From Tubiluchus corallicola (taxonomy: Eukaryota > Animalia > Priapulida), in NCBI GenBank assembly GCA_030141605.1, contig JAQGDQ010000183.1:238241-302240 (forward strand): a DNA stretch of 64,000 nt. Reading direction: 5' to 3'. The notes beneath the pieces were generated by a model. That model did not search any database. It worked only from the letters and a program-made list of their open reading frames with translations, and was not told the origin of the DNA. Positions 21,351-32,219 of the stretch are shown here, piece by piece. The position numbers and the translations under genes are program-made. Within the stretch, counting starts at the first letter, position 1; each line of letters begins with the position of its first letter.

Positions 21351-24300
21351 ATGTCGAACCCTCCTGTTATTAGCTCAGGCTTGTTAAGAACAGAGAAAAA
21401 CCCTCTGGTAGATAGAGTGAATTGGCTCTCATCTCAGTTGGGCGCCATTGCTGACCAATGGGCTTTAGACAGTGCGGTGAAAGTTATTAAGAACTTTACC
21501 GGCGAAGAAAATGAGTGCAGTGAAAAATTCCGCACATGGATTCAAGATATTAGCCGGAGAGGTTTCTGCACGTCAAGTGACTCTGTACAGACCGGTGGTT
21601 TATGCATAAGATTAGCATATATGACAGTAGGAGGAGCCTGTGGGCGATATTTAGATGCTAGCCGTAAAATCTGGTCGAAATTGAATTGGGGTCAATTTAT
21701 TTCGTTTTTAGAACCTAGATATGTCAGTAGAGTGGAATTAACTAGACACATATTAGAATTAAGATCGATGCGGCAGCATAGACAGGAATCATTGCGGCAA
21801 TTAGTGGATAGAATTTGGTTCCACGCGAGAATTGCATATAAACCTTGCAAAATAGAAAAACCATTAGTACAAAAGGTTTTAATTGACGTGTTGGTAGAAT
21901 CACTACTAAGTGACAAGTTACGTGCGAAGTTAATTAAGCACAATCCAGCCACTTTAGAAGCAGCGCTTGCTCGCTGTAGGTTGGAAGAAAGCAATCAAGG
22001 AATTGCTAGGTTAAGGAACCGACATTCACGTCAAGGGCGTATGGAAACGCCAAGAGAGTTAGGGAAATTAGCAGCCACAAATAACGAGGATGAAGAGTGT
22101 TTAAGGTGCCCACAGAGTACTAATGGGAGAGGGCTGCAGACCAGAGCCTTGCAACTTCGAGATAATGAATGCAAGGAGGTCACGAGTAGGTTACGAAGCT
22201 ACCGGCGGTCTGTCTCCGCCGACCGGAGCTTATATGTGGAGACTAGCGGCGCTATAGATGATAAATATTTAAATAAAAAACGAGTGTGCAGAGATTGCAG
22301 TAAAATGGATATTAGCAGAGAAAGGCATGATGCGCGTAATAAGTGCCAGAGTAATTTGAGAATGGCGGGTATAAAAAGGGGTGATTGGAAGGCCGTGAGA
22401 GAGCCTCAAGCTATCAGGTCCATAAGTAAGAGAGAATCATTAATCACCCAGCCAACATGTTTTGTTGAGTTAAATGGACGACCGACACGCTTATTGGTGG
22501 ACACGGGTGCTTCCACCTCGTGTATATCCCTAAAATTATATAAAAAACTAGGTATGGGTGCTCCTAATGTAAGCAACAGGAAGTTGCAAGGTGTCACAGG
22601 CATGGCTATGCCTATAGTTAGCGAAAAAGTTATTGAAACGAAATTTGGGAATAGTAAAGTACGCCTCAGATATCAAATAGCAAAAATGAAACAAAATGCT
22701 ATATTAGGGATAGACGCCTTACACAGTCTGGGCGCGAGTTTGGACTGTGGAAGGAAGTTGTTATTTATTGGGAAAGAGGCCCATTTACTTGCTTTAAATA
22801 AAATTCGCGAACAGGAGCTTGATATATTACTCGCAGATGAGAGCGTTTACCTACCTAGCTATAGTGAGATAACTATGCGTGTTCGATTTAAACGAGATAG
22901 GCCTTGTGGACAGCTATTATGTGTTGAAATGGCTGAAAATGCACCCGTGTTTAAGAACCGCTCAGACGTAGGTTTTGAGGCTGGTTTAATTGGGGTAGAA
23001 GACGGGCGAAAGAGCTCCCTACTTCTACGAAATAATTCGAATAGGCCTATCAGAATTAAGAAGAATAATGTACTTGGCACTGCGCAGCAGGTTAGCATAG
23101 CAGATGTACATGCTATTGCGATGACGAATAGTCAGAAGATTAAAGGCAGTTCGGATGATATGAATATAGAAAATAGTCAGGGAAGGTATCGAGATGATGG
23201 CCTTCACTGCATGCCCGCGCGAAACGAGGGAATGTGGCGGTTTCCCCAGGTCTCTAATGACCGACAATCAGCAGTCAATGCGATGGCTAGAGGCAAGATG
23301 CCTAATGATAAAGTGCGCAGTAGGGCAGCAGATAATTACACACAAGAGGGTGGACTCAAGGTTCAATATGATTATAGGGGCGGAATGTTTGTAGAACTCC
23401 GAGATTTAGAGGGCCCTTCGGCCAGTGAATTTACGGCGAATATAAAGGATGGTTACAAACCATGGCGATATCATGATGGAATTTCGGGAGAACAGGTAGA
23501 TGCTGAGTTTAACTTGGACCATTTGGCTCCCATTTGGCGATCAAAGCTAGAAAAGTTATTAAATAAATGGAAAGGAGTGTTTGCTAGCACTGAACTAGAA
23601 CTAGGGCAGACTAAATTAGCTGAAATGAGAATTGATACTGGTGATGCGGAACCTATTCGATCAAAACCGTATCGAATACCCAATAATTTAGAAAAAGAAT
23701 TAGATAAGATTATTCGTGAATTATTGGCAGCAAAAATTATAGTACCAGCTAATAGCCCATGGGCGTCACCTTGTTTATTAGTTAAAAAGGCTGATGGAAA
23801 AAGTTATAGGTTAGTGATAGATTATAGAAAAATTAATAAATGTGTAAAGTTCGACGCCTATCCTAGTCGAACCCTTTCCAATTTCAAAGACAAATTACAG
23901 GGGGCCAAATATTTTAGTTGTCTAGATTTGAGACAAGGGTTTTTACAAATACCTGTTCACCGAGATGACCAGCCCAAAACTGCCTTTGTGACCCAAGTTA
24001 TGTTCATGTACATGTTTACTCGGCGGGTCATAAATAAGTTATTAGATGGGATAACGGATAAATTTAGTATAGCCTACCTGGATGACATTCTTGTGTACTC
24101 AAAATCCAGGGAGGAACATTTACAACACTTGCAAGAAGTGTTTAGACGTTTAGAGGAGGCGAATTTACGCCTAAAGCCGTCAAAATGTCAATTTTTTAAG
24201 ACAGAAGTGCAGTTTCTGGGGTATATAATTAGCAAAGATGGATTAAGGCCCGACCCTGAACGTGCAAATGTAGTACAAACAATGGACCGCACAGTAAATG

Positions 24301-26222
24301 TGAGAGGGGTGCGAAGTTTTATAGGTAGTTGCAATTACTACCGAGCTAACATACTGAGATTTGCAGAAATAGCTCGGCCTTTAACAGAATTAACTAGGAA
24401 AAATGTTAAGTTTGTATGGGGGAACGCCCAGGAGAAAGCTTTTAAAGAATTGAAAGCGGTGTTATTGAACCCCGTTATGTTAACGCACCCAGACACAGAG
24501 AGGCCCTATATTTTATATACGGATGCAAGCTTATATAGTGTGGGAGGTGTATTAACTCAAGAGATTGATGGAGAAGAAAGACCTGTAGAATTTTTCTCTC
24601 ATCAATTAACACCTACCCAGCAGCGTTGGACTGCCTCAGAGCGCGAATTGTATGCGATAATTTACGGCATACGGAAATTACACCATTATCTGTATGGTAG
24701 TCACTACGTGATACGTACAGACCATAAGAGTCTGCAGTATTTGCTTGAGAGCAAACAATTAAAAAACGCAAAATTAGAGAGATGGGCCTTGTTACTATCG
24801 CAGCAAAATGCGAAGATTGAGTATTGTCCCGGGAATAAGAATCCCGCGGATCATTATAGTCGACTACCAATGAAATTAATGGAACCGCAAGCAAAACCGC
24901 CAATTAGTAAAAGAGATTTAAATGCTAGGTTGCGCCACCTAGAGAGTAGAAATAATACTCATGAATTAGCCGCTATAGGAGATGATAGCTCGCCATCAGA
25001 GAGCAGTACAGTTGAAGATCCAGCACGCCCAGGGGCCCCTGCTGAGACCCTTACTGCGGATGGTCGACCTATTTCATTAGAAAATAATGATGGAGATTGG
25101 GTTCAGTCTGCCAATTCTTCTGGGATATTATTCCCAAAGAAGAAAGTGCACTTGCGCGAAGAAGCATTGCTAAAACGTAATAAAGTTAATGTAGGTACTG
25201 AGACTGGCCGACAGCCAGGTCCGGAAGTGACCCGATCAGAGGTCACTGAGTTAACGACAGACAGTAGGGTAAAGGAAGCGTTAATAGATAAGAAAAGATT
25301 TGCCTTGTTGCAAAGTCAAGATGCAACGCTCTCCTACTTAATTCACGTCATCACTAGCCCCAAACAATCACAGGAGGCATACAGGTTAATGGAGGATTAT
25401 GCCATTAATGATGACGGATTATTGTGTCGTATTAATAAGAGATATGGGGAGAATGAAGGGAGTTATTATTTGATAGTCGTCCCTACAGTGCTAGTAGAAG
25501 AAATTATAAGGGAAATACATAGTTCTTACGCCGGAGGACATTTTGCGTTGGCCAAAACGGTCAACAAGGTTCTTATAAAATTTTGGTGGTCCACTATCCG
25601 GCAAGATTGTAAGAAATTTATAGAGAATTGCCCCACATGTAACAGGAAGAGTAGGAATGTGGTAAAGTTCCCTATGCAAGAGGCACCAATTCCAATAGTG
25701 CCCTATCAAACCGTGGCAACCGACATCGTAGGTCCTTTACCTATAACAGAGAATGGAAATAAATATATAATTTCGTTTACTGATTTAGCTACTAAATGGG
25801 TAGATGCCGTTGGCATACCTGATAAGAAAGCCGAAATGGTGACGGAAGCATTTGTTAATGAAAATATCTGTAGGTACGGTGCCCCAATTAAGTTGTTAAC
25901 TGACAATGATAAATCGTATGTAAACGATATGACTAAGAGACTGACTGAGCACTATGGGATACGACATATTACAATAACCCTATACAACCCCCCAGGCAAT
26001 GCAATTGAGGAACGTCAACATGGAACGTTGATGAGTTTATTAAGGCAGCTAACGGACAAGGATCCCATAAGTTGGGACAAGCATATCCCAAGGGCCTTAC
26101 CCGCCTATCGGACCTTAATACATAGTACGTCGGGATTCTCGCCGTACTACCTGTTATTTGCGCGTGCGCCGCGAGGGGTGGTAGAAAATCATTTGGCAGA
26201 ACCAGAGAAATACGTGGGATAA
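21351..26222 (+). CDS. Gag-Pol polyprotein (Gag, aspartic protease, RT, RNase H, integrase), 1623 aa
   Basis: LVDTGAS protease; LDLRQGF and YLDD RT; YTDAS...RTDH RNase H; H-H-C-C zinc finger and TDIVG/TDND/EERQH integrase core. Confidence 0.95.
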   Translation: MSNPPVISSGLLRTEKNPLVDRVNWLSSQLGAIADQWALDSAVKVIKNFTGEENECSEKFRTWIQDISRRGFCTSSDSVQTGGLCIRLAYMTVGGACGRYLDASRKIWSKLNWGQFISFLEPRYVSRVELTRHILELRSMRQHRQESLRQLVDRIWFHARIAYKPCKIEKPLVQKVLIDVLVESLLSDKLRAKLIKHNPATLEAALARCRLEESNQGIARLRNRHSRQGRMETPRELGKLAATNNEDEECLRCPQSTNGRGLQTRALQLRDNECKEVTSRLRSYRRSVSADRSLYVETSGAIDDKYLNKKRVCRDCSKMDISRERHDARNKCQSNLRMAGIKRGDWKAVREPQAIRSISKRESLITQPTCFVELNGRPTRLLVDTGASTSCISLKLYKKLGMGAPNVSNRKLQGVTGMAMPIVSEKVIETKFGNSKVRLRYQIAKMKQNAILGIDALHSLGASLDCGRKLLFIGKEAHLLALNKIREQELDILLADESVYLPSYSEITMRVRFKRDRPCGQLLCVEMAENAPVFKNRSDVGFEAGLIGVEDGRKSSLLLRNNSNRPIRIKKNNVLGTAQQVSIADVHAIAMTNSQKIKGSSDDMNIENSQGRYRDDGLHCMPARNEGMWRFPQVSNDRQSAVNAMARGKMPNDKVRSRAADNYTQEGGLKVQYDYRGGMFVELRDLEGPSASEFTANIKDGYKPWRYHDGISGEQVDAEFNLDHLAPIWRSKLEKLLNKWKGVFASTELELGQTKLAEMRIDTGDAEPIRSKPYRIPNNLEKELDKIIRELLAAKIIVPANSPWASPCLLVKKADGKSYRLVIDYRKINKCVKFDAYPSRTLSNFKDKLQGAKYFSCLDLRQGFLQIPVHRDDQPKTAFVTQVMFMYMFTRRVINKLLDGITDKFSIAYLDDILVYSKSREEHLQHLQEVFRRLEEANLRLKPSKCQFFKTEVQFLGYIISKDGLRPDPERANVVQTMDRTVNVRGVRSFIGSCNYYRANILRFAEIARPLTELTRKNVKFVWGNAQEKAFKELKAVLLNPVMLTHPDTERPYILYTDASLYSVGGVLTQEIDGEERPVEFFSHQLTPTQQRWTASERELYAIIYGIRKLHHYLYGSHYVIRTDHKSLQYLLESKQLKNAKLERWALLLSQQNAKIEYCPGNKNPADHYSRLPMKLMEPQAKPPISKRDLNARLRHLESRNNTHELAAIGDDSSPSESSTVEDPARPGAPAETLTADGRPISLENNDGDWVQSANSSGILFPKKKVHLREEALLKRNKVNVGTETGRQPGPEVTRSEVTELTTDSRVKEALIDKKRFALLQSQDATLSYLIHVITSPKQSQEAYRLMEDYAINDDGLLCRINKRYGENEGSYYLIVVPTVLVEEIIREIHSSYAGGHFALAKTVNKVLIKFWWSTIRQDCKKFIENCPTCNRKSRNVVKFPMQEAPIPIVPYQTVATDIVGPLPITENGNKYIISFTDLATKWVDAVGIPDKKAEMVTEAFVNENICRYGAPIKLLTDNDKSYVNDMTKRLTEHYGIRHITITLYNPPGNAIEERQHGTLMSLLRQLTDKDPISWDKHIPRALPAYRTLIHSTSGFSPYYLLFARAPRGVVENHLAEPEKYVG

Positions 26223-27206
26223 GATTACTTTGAATATTATTTGCAAACAATGCATCAGGCATTTGTAGTAGCAAAGAAAAGAACCGAAGTAGCTAGGGCA
26301 AAGTGTAAAGAATTATATGACAGAAAGGCTCATACGAGACATTTTAGAGCTGGTGATGTGGTATTTTATTATAACCAAGCCACGAAGCCAAAAGCTTCCA
26401 GGAAGCTACACCAGTATTGGGAAAGCAACCATGTTGTATTAACAAGGTTGGGTAAACATAGGTATAAAATCAAAAACATGGACACGGGTCGAGTAAGAAC
26501 GTGTCATGTGACCCACTTGCGCCTAGTCCCTCCCACAGCTGCCTGGTCTACTAAACCAGGAGCTCAAAAATTAAATAAAGCAGGCAGACCTCTGCGCAGA
26601 GCTGCCCGCGTATCGGAACCCGAAATCTCCCAGGAAGGAGAAGATTTTAGTAAGAGGGGTCAGGAGGGGTCAGCTCCTGTACTCACCTCTTTGCCAGAGG
26701 CAACAGTAAGTCAAGGGCAAGAGGGTAGTGAAAAGCCTACCGAGCCTGCCGAAAGTTTGGCATGGGATCCCTTTGACGCTCCGTTCTTACAGTCAGATAG
26801 GGAGAACGGAGATAGCCTTCAGGAACTTAGGTTAGATGACCTCAGTGAAGGGCAGTCTGAAGAGGAAGAGACGCCCCGCCCAGGTGAGCCGGAAGACGAA
26901 GAGTCAGAGATTTCTAGTGGTACACCACCGCCACTATTAAGACCTGATGAAGTACACTCTAGCGCCACAAAGCGACCTAGAAGTAATAGTACTAGTGAGC
27001 TCTCCGAAATTAGTGCGAAATCAAGATGCACTGAGAGCGATGCGGCTTTCAGCGAAGTCTCTAAAAAGAGCAGTGCTGAAGGGTCGGAAGATGAGGATAC
27101 CGGACCTCCCCAATTAGAACGAATTATATCGGTGTCTCAAGTGAAAACCCAGGCCAAGAAGCCTGAGGGATGGTTCAGCATTTTGAAACGCTGGTCGCCC
27201 TATTAA
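26223..27206 (+). CDS. In-frame continuation of Pol after a single TAA: integrase C-terminal domain plus long acidic disordered tail
   Basis: Same frame as 21351..26222 (KYVG*DYFEYYLQTMHQAF); YDRKA...FRAGDVV...KL..YW...H..HL is a typical Gypsy IN C-terminus. Confidence 0.8.
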   Translation, partial: DYFEYYLQTMHQAFVVAKKRTEVARAKCKELYDRKAHTRHFRAGDVVFYYNQATKPKASRKLHQYWESNHVVLTRLGKHRYKIKNMDTGRVRTCHVTHLRLVPPTAAWSTKPGAQKLNKAGRPLRRAARVSEPEISQEGEDFSKRGQEGSAPVLTSLPEATVSQGQEGSEKPTEPAESLAWDPFDAPFLQSDRENGDSLQELRLDDLSEGQSEEEETPRPGEPEDEESEISSGTPPPLLRPDEVHSSATKRPRSNSTSELSEISAKSRCTESDAAFSEVSKKSSAEGSEDEDTGPPQLERIISVSQVKTQAKKPEGWFSILKRWSPY

Positions 27207-29388
27207 GAAAGTGTTTAGCAAAATGGGCAACGAGTGTCTGCACGATAAAAATATTAGACTGACCTATAAGATTAATGGGAAATTTAATTTAGAGTAGAAG
27301 CTTGATTCGAAAATAATGGAAATGTATAGTAAAGAGCCAGCCGAACTATATTAAAGCTTAAGTAGTAATAGATAGGCACTAGTGATATCTAGCGCCCAGT
27401 TCCCAAGTTGCAGCGTAAAAGTAAAAGGTGAACACAGAGTTCTAGCAGGGTCGGTAAAGTTAGATCCGGAACTAACTTACTCACCCGGCAACAGATGGCG
27501 TCACTGAGTGATCTCAAACCCCTGGCATGGGACGCTGTGCTAAGATTGTTTTCACAAAATAGTGAGCCATTCCTCGCAGCTTGAACCTATCAAACGTACA
27601 TTAAATAAGCAGGAGATTAAAACTCTTCTAAGAATTTGTTGGTAAGATAATGTACGGAGAGAAACGGGAATTGTAGAAAGTCTATAAGTAAGGTAATACT
27701 ATAAGTAGAGTATTTGGAGTAAAAGTTAAATGGAAAGGCTTACAACAAAGCCATTAATACATTGCTGCAAGGTGTTTACACGAAAGTGAAAGTGCTACAT
27801 GATAGAGGTTAGAGAGAACCGTAAGGGATATCCATTTAAATAAGAGTAAAAAGGGGAACTGAAGGTGGCTGGAGCTTGTCCGCTCTGATCGGATCCATTA
27901 GAGCGAGACAGGTAATAGAAGAATCAATAGCTAGGTCGTATAAGAGAACTCGAGAAAACGTTTACTGGGAGTAAACGAGAGATGAAAAGAATTCTAAGAG
28001 GAAAAGACAGTGCAGATAAATTAGAACTCGACCCATATTAAAATAGAATGCTGCCAGAGGTACAGTTTACCCACCAGGAGCTCATTGGTGAATAAGAGGC
28101 ACAGTTTGCTGCTAAGGCATAGGTCTCGAACGGTACCCTGTGGCGGTATATGAATCGCGCGCGCAGATTAAAGGGGAAGAGTGTGTATTTTGACACACGG
28201 TAGCTAAACACACTATAATGTAAGAGTTCAGGTAGAACTCGTGCTGTTCGCAAGCGGGTTAGTCTAGTTATAAAACTCTTGATATACTTAGCCTCGTATT
28301 AGGTTAGGAACTAACATTCCGCACATGCGCAGCGAATTGATTAAATCAAAGTAAGATTAAGGAATAAATGCTTACTGATTATAAAGGGAACAGTAGGACT
28401 GTTCAAAGAGAATTAAATGCATGCATGCGAAATAAATTTGAGTAACTAAAGAGCGTAAAGATACGCACAAATAAATTAGATGATTCTGATGTTGTTTGCG
28501 AGCGGTTTAGTTTAAGTTTAAACTTACAATAAGCTTAACTTCTAGTAGGTTAAGAGCTAACGTCTGCGTACGCACAACAGATCTAATGATGAATAGTAAG
28601 GTTGGAATGTAATAACCTACTAATTCGTGAAAGCGGTTAGGGCTACTCTATGGGGAGGAAAGTACCCTAACATACGCAATTAAGGGGCGAATGCGCCAGT
28701 ACAGAAAACTACTGTCAGGTTAAAAGTAAAACCGAATATAAGTAGTATAAGGACTAGAGGTTCGATAAGGTTTAAATGAGGACAATAAGGAACCTAACCT
28801 CTGGCACGAAGGACATAATCCCTAGATATATGAAACTACCAGCGACCCAAGACGGGACAGAATTTGACGTGACCCTAGACGACCCAATATTGGCCAACAT
28901 AAGTGCCCACAAAACGGTCTAGAGATAACGAGAGGGTCGATTTAATGAAAAGTTTAATGGCAAATGAAGCCATACCTAACAGGCTGGTAACATTGGATGA
29001 TGGTAGAGAAACCACCCAATTAGGTATAGAGGGATCTATGTAAATAATCATATATGATGAACTTATGATACTGCAGAATGTATTTTATGTTACAGAATGA
29101 TGGGACCATTGGAGATGGAAGGCGGGAAGAAGATGAAGTCGGAAAAGACAATAAGGGGTGTATCTGAGGAAGAATCTCAAGAGAACAATGGAATCATAAC
29201 CCCGATCCAGGAAGCCGAAGAGACCCGATGGACAATGGTATCCCGCCACCATGACCTCCAAGATGGAACGTCCCATAATATATTAAGATGTAACATGTAA
29301 TATTGCTAATGTACCTAATTAAGGAGCTTCCAAAAGTTAAGATCTTATATCGGATCATTAAATGCATGCTACATCTGAGGTGAGTGTT

Positions 29389-29400
29389 AGGGGAGGAAAG
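29389..29400 (+). promoter_or_regulatory. Polypurine tract
   Basis: AGGGGAGGAAAG, 1 nt before the 3' LTR. Confidence 0.9.
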
Positions 29401-29401
29401 T

Positions 29402-30295
29402 TGTGGTGAATAAATTTATAAATCGATGATTTTCGATATTTTGGTATGAAGTCGCCTGCCTCCCTGATTGCATGAATAAATTTACAGATGGTGCAATAGG
29501 AAACTCACTCAGCTGAAAAGCTCGAATTTAATGAACTGTAAAAAGCGTAGGTTGTAAGAAGTAAACTTAGCGTTTACGTAAGGACACTCTAAGATGCTCA
29601 GGATAATTAGCTAATATTAAGTTGAGACGGATGTACCGTTTATAATGAGCGATATGCACAAATTGCTAGTAATTAACGAAAACTCTGCGAGGTCATTGTT
29701 TCTTGAAGAAAGAAGACGGATACGTTTTACGGGCATATGATGACTATGTCCTCCGACTTGTCCCATAAATTTTGATATTTCATGCGACGTTGCAATCGTG
29801 CAAGGTTACTGCGAGGTTACTTCAATGAAATATAAGCCCCGGGTTCGAATAACCCAGCGCTAGTTCCAGCCAGTACCACTCGATCGTACTGGAACAAGAC
29901 ACGTGAGTGTGTGCGGGAAATCACACGAGAAGGGCTATTTGACAAACGAGACGACTTGGGAAGTTCAGCGTAGACATCTTTCTGCGTTCCTAGGATAATC
30001 TAGGCACTGGGCAACGAGAAGTCTTATATCAACTATCGGAGCGTCGCTAGGAAACTTGAGAGAAATAGACCTTTCTCACAACGCGAAGGTCAAGGTGAAG
30101 TTTAGATAAGACGATCATTGCTTACTAGACTGATATCCAAAGCTCTCGGAGTCAGGTGAAGAGTTCACCTTATAGCAATTAGAAATTAAGCGGACATATT
30201 AAATTCAATCTATACGATATATAGATTTAAGTCACCTTACACTATACGATCAAGATTAACGGAAACAATAGGCATTTAAATTAAGAAAGGTGATA
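29402..30295 (+). repeat. 3' LTR (894 bp)
   Basis: Matches the 5' LTR with about 8 substitutions (counted by eye) and two deletions. Confidence 0.95.
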
Positions 30296-30371
30296 TTATT
30301 GATATATTTATAAAGAAATATCAGTGTTTTGTAATCTCGATAGGCTTCTAATATTGGTATTTTATTCATAT

Positions 30372-30490
30372 AGTTCTCTTCGTATTCTTTGCGAATTTCT
30401 CTCAGCGCATTGGACAGTTCGTTGTGGAAGATATTGTGATACATACCGCCGTCGTCCTTCATCAGTGATTCCAACAATTCCCCGCAGTTC
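30372..30490 (-). pseudogene. Duplicate 5' part of the IF exon
   Basis: Same acceptor and LESLMKDDGGMYHNIFHNELSNALREIRKEYEE sequence as 15481-15597. Confidence 0.75.
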
Positions 30491-31027
30491 CTGTCACAAA
30501 CAGAATGTTGTTATTTTCCCACGATATATGGCGAAACAAAGCAAGCGTGAAAACCATGAACAAATTCCATAAACGACAGCACAAACAGCAAAGAAAAATT
30601 AATAATATTGTTGTCGTATAAAACATGTGATTTTAATTTAACTGAAAGTAATCTGGATCGAATTATTTGTTTTAACATAAATTGGGTAGATTAGTATTTA
30701 AGAAATCCTGGCATTTCTCTACAATAAGTCGTTTTTATTTAGACTAAGTATATGGAAAGTCAAAGTGAATTTAATATCGTCAAACAGCTTTATTTGCTAG
30801 ACGCCTCAAAGACGAATACTTATCACTTGTTTGCAGAAATTTTTTCCCGATTTAATCTAATTGAATCAAAAATATGGCCTCCTGCTTGCGACGCCTAAAT
30901 GTAGTAAGAAAAGCTACGTTAAAATTGATTTTTAGAATAAATTGTGTTTTAAACGCAATTTCAAGAGATCACCCACTCGATTCAGAAACATGTTAGTGCG
31001 TATAAATTAGATACTGAGAGAGGCAGA

Positions 31028-31285
31028 CAGGGCCTATTTCAGCCTAAGCGAGGCCCGGGGAAATGGGGTGTGTGAGGCCTCCTCGGGGGGGGGGGGCAAC
31101 CATGATTGGCGCCCAGAAACATTTTGAACTCCTAGATTCGGAGAAGCATTTCCGAGGAGAAAATATGGAGTCATACAGTATGTTCCCATAAAGCAAAAAA
31201 AAAATAATGTTACCTCGGCGCGAGGCCCCCCTGGAGGGTGAGGCGCCGGGGAAGTATCCGAACTCCCCCCTTGAAATAGGCCCTG
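31028..31285. mobile_element. hAT-type MITE, 258 bp
   Basis: TIR cagggcctatttca/tgaaataggccctg, exact 8-bp TSD GAGGCAGA. Confidence 0.9.
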
Positions 31286-31817
31286 GAGGCAGATATGATA
31301 AAGAAAAACTACTTTAGATAACGAAAAAGAACGAATGAAGATGAGGATGACCTGGTTGTCAAAATGAGAAAAGAGCTTATCAAAATAATTTCTTCTGTTG
31401 CAAATACACCTGTAAGCAAATGAGAAGTTTGTCTTTATTAATGGCCTAAGAGATGGGAAACTTTATATATAAGATATTAAAAAGAGAGAAGAGAAACAGG
31501 ATTGCAAATAACTTTAACTTACACAGTTATACTATATTTGTTTACCACATACTGTATTTTTTGTATTATGATGTTCTGTACTGTAAACAATGCTACACGT
31601 TTGAACCATAAGGTTGAAGAACTATGTATATGTATATGTACGTGGCGCCATCTCTTGTCAATTTATGCAACTCTAACCCAGTACTTACAAACTATTAATT
31701 TTTGTTCTTAGTGTTGTTAGTTTTTCTAGCATTATTATCTGTGTTTCTCCTAAGTTTAAGCTGTTTCTTCTTCTGTATAGGATTAATGATTTTCTCTTTT
31801 GTTTTTTGAACCATCAT

Positions 31818-31876
31818 TGCTAGTGGTCACAGCATCGACTTGTAAACCAAGAGTTCCTGGTTCAAATTCAGACTGT
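31818..31876 (+). other. Decayed tRNA-derived SINE head
   Basis: A-box-like CTAGTGG and B-box-like GGTTCAAATTC at tRNA spacing; no acceptor stem. Confidence 0.35.
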
Positions 31877-31988
31877 ACCCCTCCAGTTTTCTTTCAGCCG
31901 AGTTTGGTTTCAAAATTTAACAATACTAAGTTTATTTTATAACAATCATGAATTTATTACATTATCAGTTGTAAAGTTGTTATATAAA

Positions 31989-32008
31989 AGAGAGAGAGAA
32001 AGAGAGAG

Positions 32009-32052
<44 letters not shown>

Positions 32053-32092
32053 AAGAGAGAGAAAGAGAGCAAGAGAGAGAGAGAGAGAGTGC

Positions 32093-32189
<97 letters not shown>

Positions 32190-32219
32190 GAGAGAGAGAG
32201 AGAGAGACAAAGAGAGAGA
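31989..32219. repeat. (GA)n microsatellite
   Basis: Long interrupted GA run; source of the ER and SL ORFs. Confidence 0.97.

Larger units (their letters stand above)
19647..30295 (+). mobile_element. Full-length Ty3/Gypsy LTR retrotransposon (defective)
   Basis: Two LTRs, 4-bp TSD TTAT (19643-6 and 30296-9), PBS, PPT and gag-PR-RT-RH-IN domain order; empty-site homologue at about 15325-15350. Confidence 0.97.

Noticed and set aside
21692-27031. Antisense and alternate-frame ORFs within gag-pol
   Set aside because: Short shadow ORFs of a long coding region with no independent motifs.
27207-29400. env gene in the Gypsy element
   Set aside because: No long ORF and no signal peptide, furin site or transmembrane remnant could be seen.
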